A DNA stretch of 37,464 bases. Source: Octopus bimaculoides (lineage: Eukaryota). The DNA lies in NCBI RefSeq assembly GCF_001194135.2, contig NC_069003.1, positions 24,474,220 to 24,511,683 of the forward strand. The letters run 5' to 3'. Below the pieces are notes generated by a model, which saw nothing but the letters and a program-made list of their open reading frames with translations, had not been told where the DNA came from and searched no databases. How positions within the stretch are numbered: position 1 is the first letter of the stretch; the number at the start of each line of letters is the position of its first letter. Shown piece after piece: positions 33,000 through 37,464 of the stretch. The translations under genes and the position numbers were made by a program.

Positions 33000-33217
33000 A
33001 ATTTCAAATTTTAGAAGGCCAATGCTTTCAGGAGGGGTTAAATCGATTACATATACCCCAGGGTTCAACTTGTTCTTATTTTATCGACCCCGAAAGGATG
33101 AAAAGCAAAATCGGCCTTGGTGGCATTTGAATTCAGAACGTGAAGACAGACAAAATGACGCAAAGCATTTTGATAGGCGTGCTAACTATTCTGCCAGCTG
33201 GTCGCCCAAATTATTCA
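33000..33217 (-). mobile_element. Family 1 SINE in gene B intron
   Basis: Flanked by GTAACATT (32992-32999) and GTAATATT (33218-33225). Gene A has the empty site. Confidence 0.85.
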
Positions 33218-35384
33218 GTAATATTGGGAAAAGAATTGAAAAATTAAGAAACTTTCCGCTTTATCTATTCGTCTTTATGTGCCAGACATCTCTCGTCTTC
33301 AAATCTCATTATATTACCTAATGCTTTCACATTGTTTCTGTCTTAATGTCTCAGTCAAAAGAAGAACTTTAGAGCTTATGACGTCTTTCAGAGCTTCTGC
33401 AACTGGTAAAAGAAGTTATCTACAAACTGGATATCTTCCGGAATGCTTGCATCAAGGTGGAAGCCATTGAAGCAGTAAGGAGCTAGGTGATGGCGTTTAA
33501 CTAGGACAGGAATTAAATTTCCCAGCAAAAATATGAACAACAGAAATGGTCCTTCAGAAAAGGCTTCTTTCTTCGGTTTCCAGTTTCTTTTAGAAGGTTT
33601 TGATCAATCAGAAGCAATACTATAGTGAAGACATTTGTCCATGTCCAACAAGCACTAATCATATGTAAAGTTTAGAGAACTAGTAGGTACTATTGCTAAT
33701 GATGGGAGACAAGCGCATTTCACTGATGAGACTATAGTGATAATTATATGTTCTGTTGTATGTTGCCAATATTTTCACCAATTGTTATTATGTACCCTAT
33801 TCGATGGAACGATGTGCATGCATATATAAATGTGTGTGTGTGTGTGTGTGTGTCTATGCATGGTATGTACGCTTATATGAATGTATGTATAAAACAGATA
33901 TTCATATTTATTTTTATGCTCAGTTATAATAGAAACAATTTTACATTAATTTGATGCGTTACAGTATACTTTTGTAGAGTACAATGGCTTAGCAGGTCGA
34001 AACTTCGAGGTCACTGTCAACAGCAGTCTTGTTTAAGAATATATACCTGTGTGTGTGTGTGTATGTGTAAAGAGAGAGAGATAGGGGGAGACAGAGACAG
34101 AGAAATAAAGACAGAGCAGACAAACAAACAGAAAGAAAGAAAGACAGACTGATTGATAAATACATACATATATAGATGGTTATGCAATAAAATTTAGAGT
34201 ACTCAATACATACAGTAGAGCGTTAGGGATAAAACATTGTAATTAATTGTTACCTTTTCAGAGCAAGTGAAATAATCTTCAGGTGACACAATAAAGCGGG
34301 TTATAAAATATCCGAGTCGTACATGGCCGTTTCCAGTATTTCATTACCATGTTAGGAGCGTAATTCATTAAATATGAATATTGTTTGGGTGAGTTATTTC
34401 CTTTGAGTAATTAGGCATTGTGGGGATAAAGACTCAAGACGAAGGAGGGGGGTTAAACTACTATGAAGAAACGGATGTGGAAAGTTAGAGCTGAATTTAT
34501 AAGATACTAACTTAAAAGCCGCCAAAGCTAGCTCCTGTGGAGGGCTCTTCGTTGGGCCTTCTGCCCAACATTGACACTTCATGCATTGAGTATATATTAA
34601 ATTTTATTAAACTTGCCCAATATTTTTCAAGCAATGAACAATTTTCGTCAAAGCAATGATACAATTTGTCGACTGGGAAATTATTGCAAAGCTGCATGAC
34701 AAACATTTTTTGTCTTCCCATTCGGGGCGTCAGTACATTTTTTTTTGTCTAACCTCTTTCTTTCTTTTTCTCTCTGTCTCTTTCTGTTGATTGTTTTCAA
34801 CCAACACCATTAACAATACCACCGCCATCGCCACCACAACTGCCATATACACACCATTCAGGCATTTTTTTTTTCCTTAAGGTGTCAGAAAGTTTTGTAT
34901 TAAAAAATCATAAAGGTTTCTTTCAATTTCATGTTTTGTATGAACAAACAATATTTACGAATTAGAAAAATATGTGAAGTTAGAATATCCCAAATGAATA
35001 TATTATTCAAAGGAATTCCAACTCTGTTTTTATGTTGTAATTATATTCTTATAATATTAATGTTGGATATAGAGAAGTACTTGTCGAAGTGGAAACGGGC
35101 ACTTTTTCTCACGTCATAACACAGAATGTTTTGTCCCATTTTTGTACTGTGGTACAAAAATGGGACATAATGGTTTGTTGGACAAAATGACACAGTTTTG
35201 GTTTGGTGGAGGTGAATTCTGCTTCATATATAATCTCTTCAGTGTTCAAAAACTACTTAAGATAGAATGCGTTTATAATTCTGAATGATGTGCAGTTAGC
35301 TTTAATTAATTTAGTTGGCTTTATGTTACGAATTTGTTCATGTTCTTAATACAGATGTATTGCAGTTTCATCTTGTATATACTC

Positions 35385-35660
35385 TTTTACTTTTTTACTT
35401 GTTTCAGTCATTCGACTGCGGCCATGCTGGAGCACCACCTTTAGTCGAGCAGATCGACCCCAGGACTTATTCTTTGTAAGCCTAGTACTTATTCTATCGG
35501 TCTCTTTTGCCGAACCGCTAAGTTACGGGGACGTAAACACACCAGCATCGGTTGTCAAGCGATGTTGGGGAGACAAATACAGACACAGAAACACATATAT
35601 ATAGATATACATATATACGACGGGCTTCTTTTTCAGTTTCCGCCTACCAAATCCACTCAC
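35385..35660 (-). mobile_element. Family 2 SINE, head missing
   Basis: Near-consensus 3' block and microsatellite. Another copy at 36665-36820. Confidence 0.85.
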
Positions 35661-35995
35661 AAAATTTTCTATGTCGAAGGTTGATTGGAAAATATTTATT
35701 TGTTACAGTTGAGAAAAAGTAGGAGAGAATTTGCGAGCAGTGAGACATAATTGCTACAGCCGGGAACGGTAATGAGGATAAGCTTTCACTACTTGGAAAA
35801 TATTCTCATAAGGCGCGTCTCGAATAGCCTCTGACAACGAAGTCGAGGTCCTAGCCTGCTTGACGGTTAGATGTTAGCCAGGCAGAACTGCTTGATGCTG
35901 ACAGAAGAAAAGGTGAGGGTTGGTTACTGGCTCCCAAAAACCAGTTGTTTACAGGTAGCTGAAGCTTGTTAATCTGGAAGGCAGTCCGTTTAGGG

Positions 35996-36194
35996 CAGTG
36001 GTTCTCAACTGTTTTTTTATCTATGGACCCCTTTCATTACTACTTTCCTCTGGAAGACACCCGCAGCTATTTGGAAACTAGTTTTATAGATATTTCTTTC
36101 AAAATTCCTATTTGCTTTCACACGTTCACTTGTGCAGGCTGAACTACGAATGTGAAATGTTAGAGAAAGAAACCTAGCTGTTCGTGCAATAAAT
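35996..36194 (+). mobile_element. hAT (Charlie-like) element left end; remainder in gap
   Basis: Begins CAGTGGTTCTCAAC, a typical Charlie-group TIR. The other end is not visible. Confidence 0.5.
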
Positions 36195-36612
36195 NNNNNN
36201 NNNNNNNNNNNNNNNNNNNNNNNNNNNNNNNNNNNNNNNNNNNNNNNNNNNNNNNNNNNNNNNNNNNNNNNNNNNNNNNNNNNNNNNNNNNNNNNNNNNN
36301 NNNNNNNNNNNNNNNNNNNNNNNNNNNNNNNNNNNNNNNNNNNNNNNNNNNNNNNNNNNNNNNNNNNNNNNNNNNNNNNNNNNNNNNNNNNNNNNNNNNN
36401 NNNNNNNNNNNNNNNNNNNNNNNNNNNNNNNNNNNNNNNNNNNNNNNNNNNNNNNNNNNNNNNNNNNNNNNNNNNNNNNNNNNNNNNNNNNNNNNNNNNN
36501 NNNNNNNNNNNNNNNNNNNNNNNNNNNNNNNNNNNNNNNNNNNNNNNNNNNNNNNNNNNNNNNNNACACACACACACACACACACACGCACACATATATA
36601 TATATATGTATA

Positions 36613-36658
<46 letters not shown>

Positions 36659-36896
36659 CATATATACGACGGGCTTCTTTCAGTTTCCGCCTACCAAATC
36701 CATTCACAAGGCTTTGGTCGGCCCGAGTCTATAGTAGAAGACACTTGTCCAGCAGTAGGGCTGAACCCAGAACCATGTGGTTGGTTAGCAAGCTACTTAC
36801 CACACAGCCACTCCTGCGCTTATATTATCTATCTATGATTATCTATCTATGTATGAATGTATATACATAGGTGTAAATATACATACATGCATGCAT

Positions 36897-36897
<1 letters not shown>

Positions 36898-36953
<56 letters not shown>
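36898..36953. repeat. (AGAT)n microsatellite
   Basis: Directly visible. The complementary (TCTA)n also occurs at about 17030-17075. Confidence 0.95.
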
Positions 36954-36954
<1 letters not shown>

Positions 36955-36992
36955 GCAGGTTCTTTCAAGACAAAGAAATTTAGAAAGAAATT

Positions 36993-37029
36993 TCTTACCT
37001 CCCGGTAGTTGGTCAAACGGTCAATGAAT
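36993..37029 (-). other. Candidate non-coding exon 1 of gene B (37029-36999) and splice donor
   Basis: 31-nt ATG-free exon ending GAG|GTAAGA. Predicted intron 36998-32878. Confidence 0.5.
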
Positions 37030-37063
37030 GATGAAAACAGTTGGACATCAACCAATATATATA
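37026..37063 (-). promoter_or_regulatory. Candidate core promoter of gene B: TATA box + initiator
   Basis: TATATATA at 37063-37056 and TCATTC at 37031-37026 (A+1 = 37029). First T lies 34 nt before +1, the same spacing as in gene A. Confidence 0.5.
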
Positions 37064-37420
37064 GTGGCTAAGTCTACCTGTGTCTAGCTGGTCAGTCTAG
37101 TATTATCTGTAATGTTGGAACAGACAACACACCTGTTCACTGACTGAAAATATGTGCAATGGCATTATTTTTTTTTTTTTTGTGCCGGCTCAAGTGGCCA
37201 CTCAAACACGCTAGAATGTTATTTGTACTGATCTAAGAAATTTTGGTCACAGCTACTCAAACTTTGATAATACTGTGATGTGGGCGGTGTATGCACAGAG
37301 CACACAAACATAAATAAACTCACTCGCGCGCATACGCGAACGCACAAGCACAAAACCGCATATACATGTATACACATACATATAGATAGAATATATGCAT
37401 ATGCATGTATGCATGTGTGA

Positions 37421-37464
<44 letters not shown>

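Overview
Eukaryotic, AT-rich, repeat-dense scaffold with many N gaps. The SINE families and microsatellite load point to a coleoid cephalopod, most likely Octopus (inference, no database search run). Three credible protein-coding genes are present, each with one coding exon, a signal peptide and a TTTCAG|ATC splice acceptor just before the ATG. Gene 1 is an orphan 249-aa secreted protein (1254-2003, +) ending in a 4-Cys domain and a W-GRR amidation-like motif. Genes A (22685-23317, +) and B (32106-32849, -) are a convergent, inverted pair of paralogous His/Gly-rich secreted proteins that resemble squid histidine-rich beak proteins in composition. For A and B, a candidate TATA/Inr promoter and ~30-nt non-coding first exon lie 3.6-4.1 kb upstream (18992-19065, +; 36993-37063, -). 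The rest is transposon debris: four tRNA-derived SINE families, a disrupted Tx1-like LINE, R4/Dong-like and Hero-like restriction-endonuclease LINE fragments, CR1 and RTE fragments, Tigger, Tc1/mariner and hAT remnants, two palindromic MITEs, a Penelope-like terminal repeat and many microsatellites. No rRNA, true tRNA gene or CRISPR array was found. All alignments and translations outside the supplied ORF track were done by eye, so TE boundaries are approximate.
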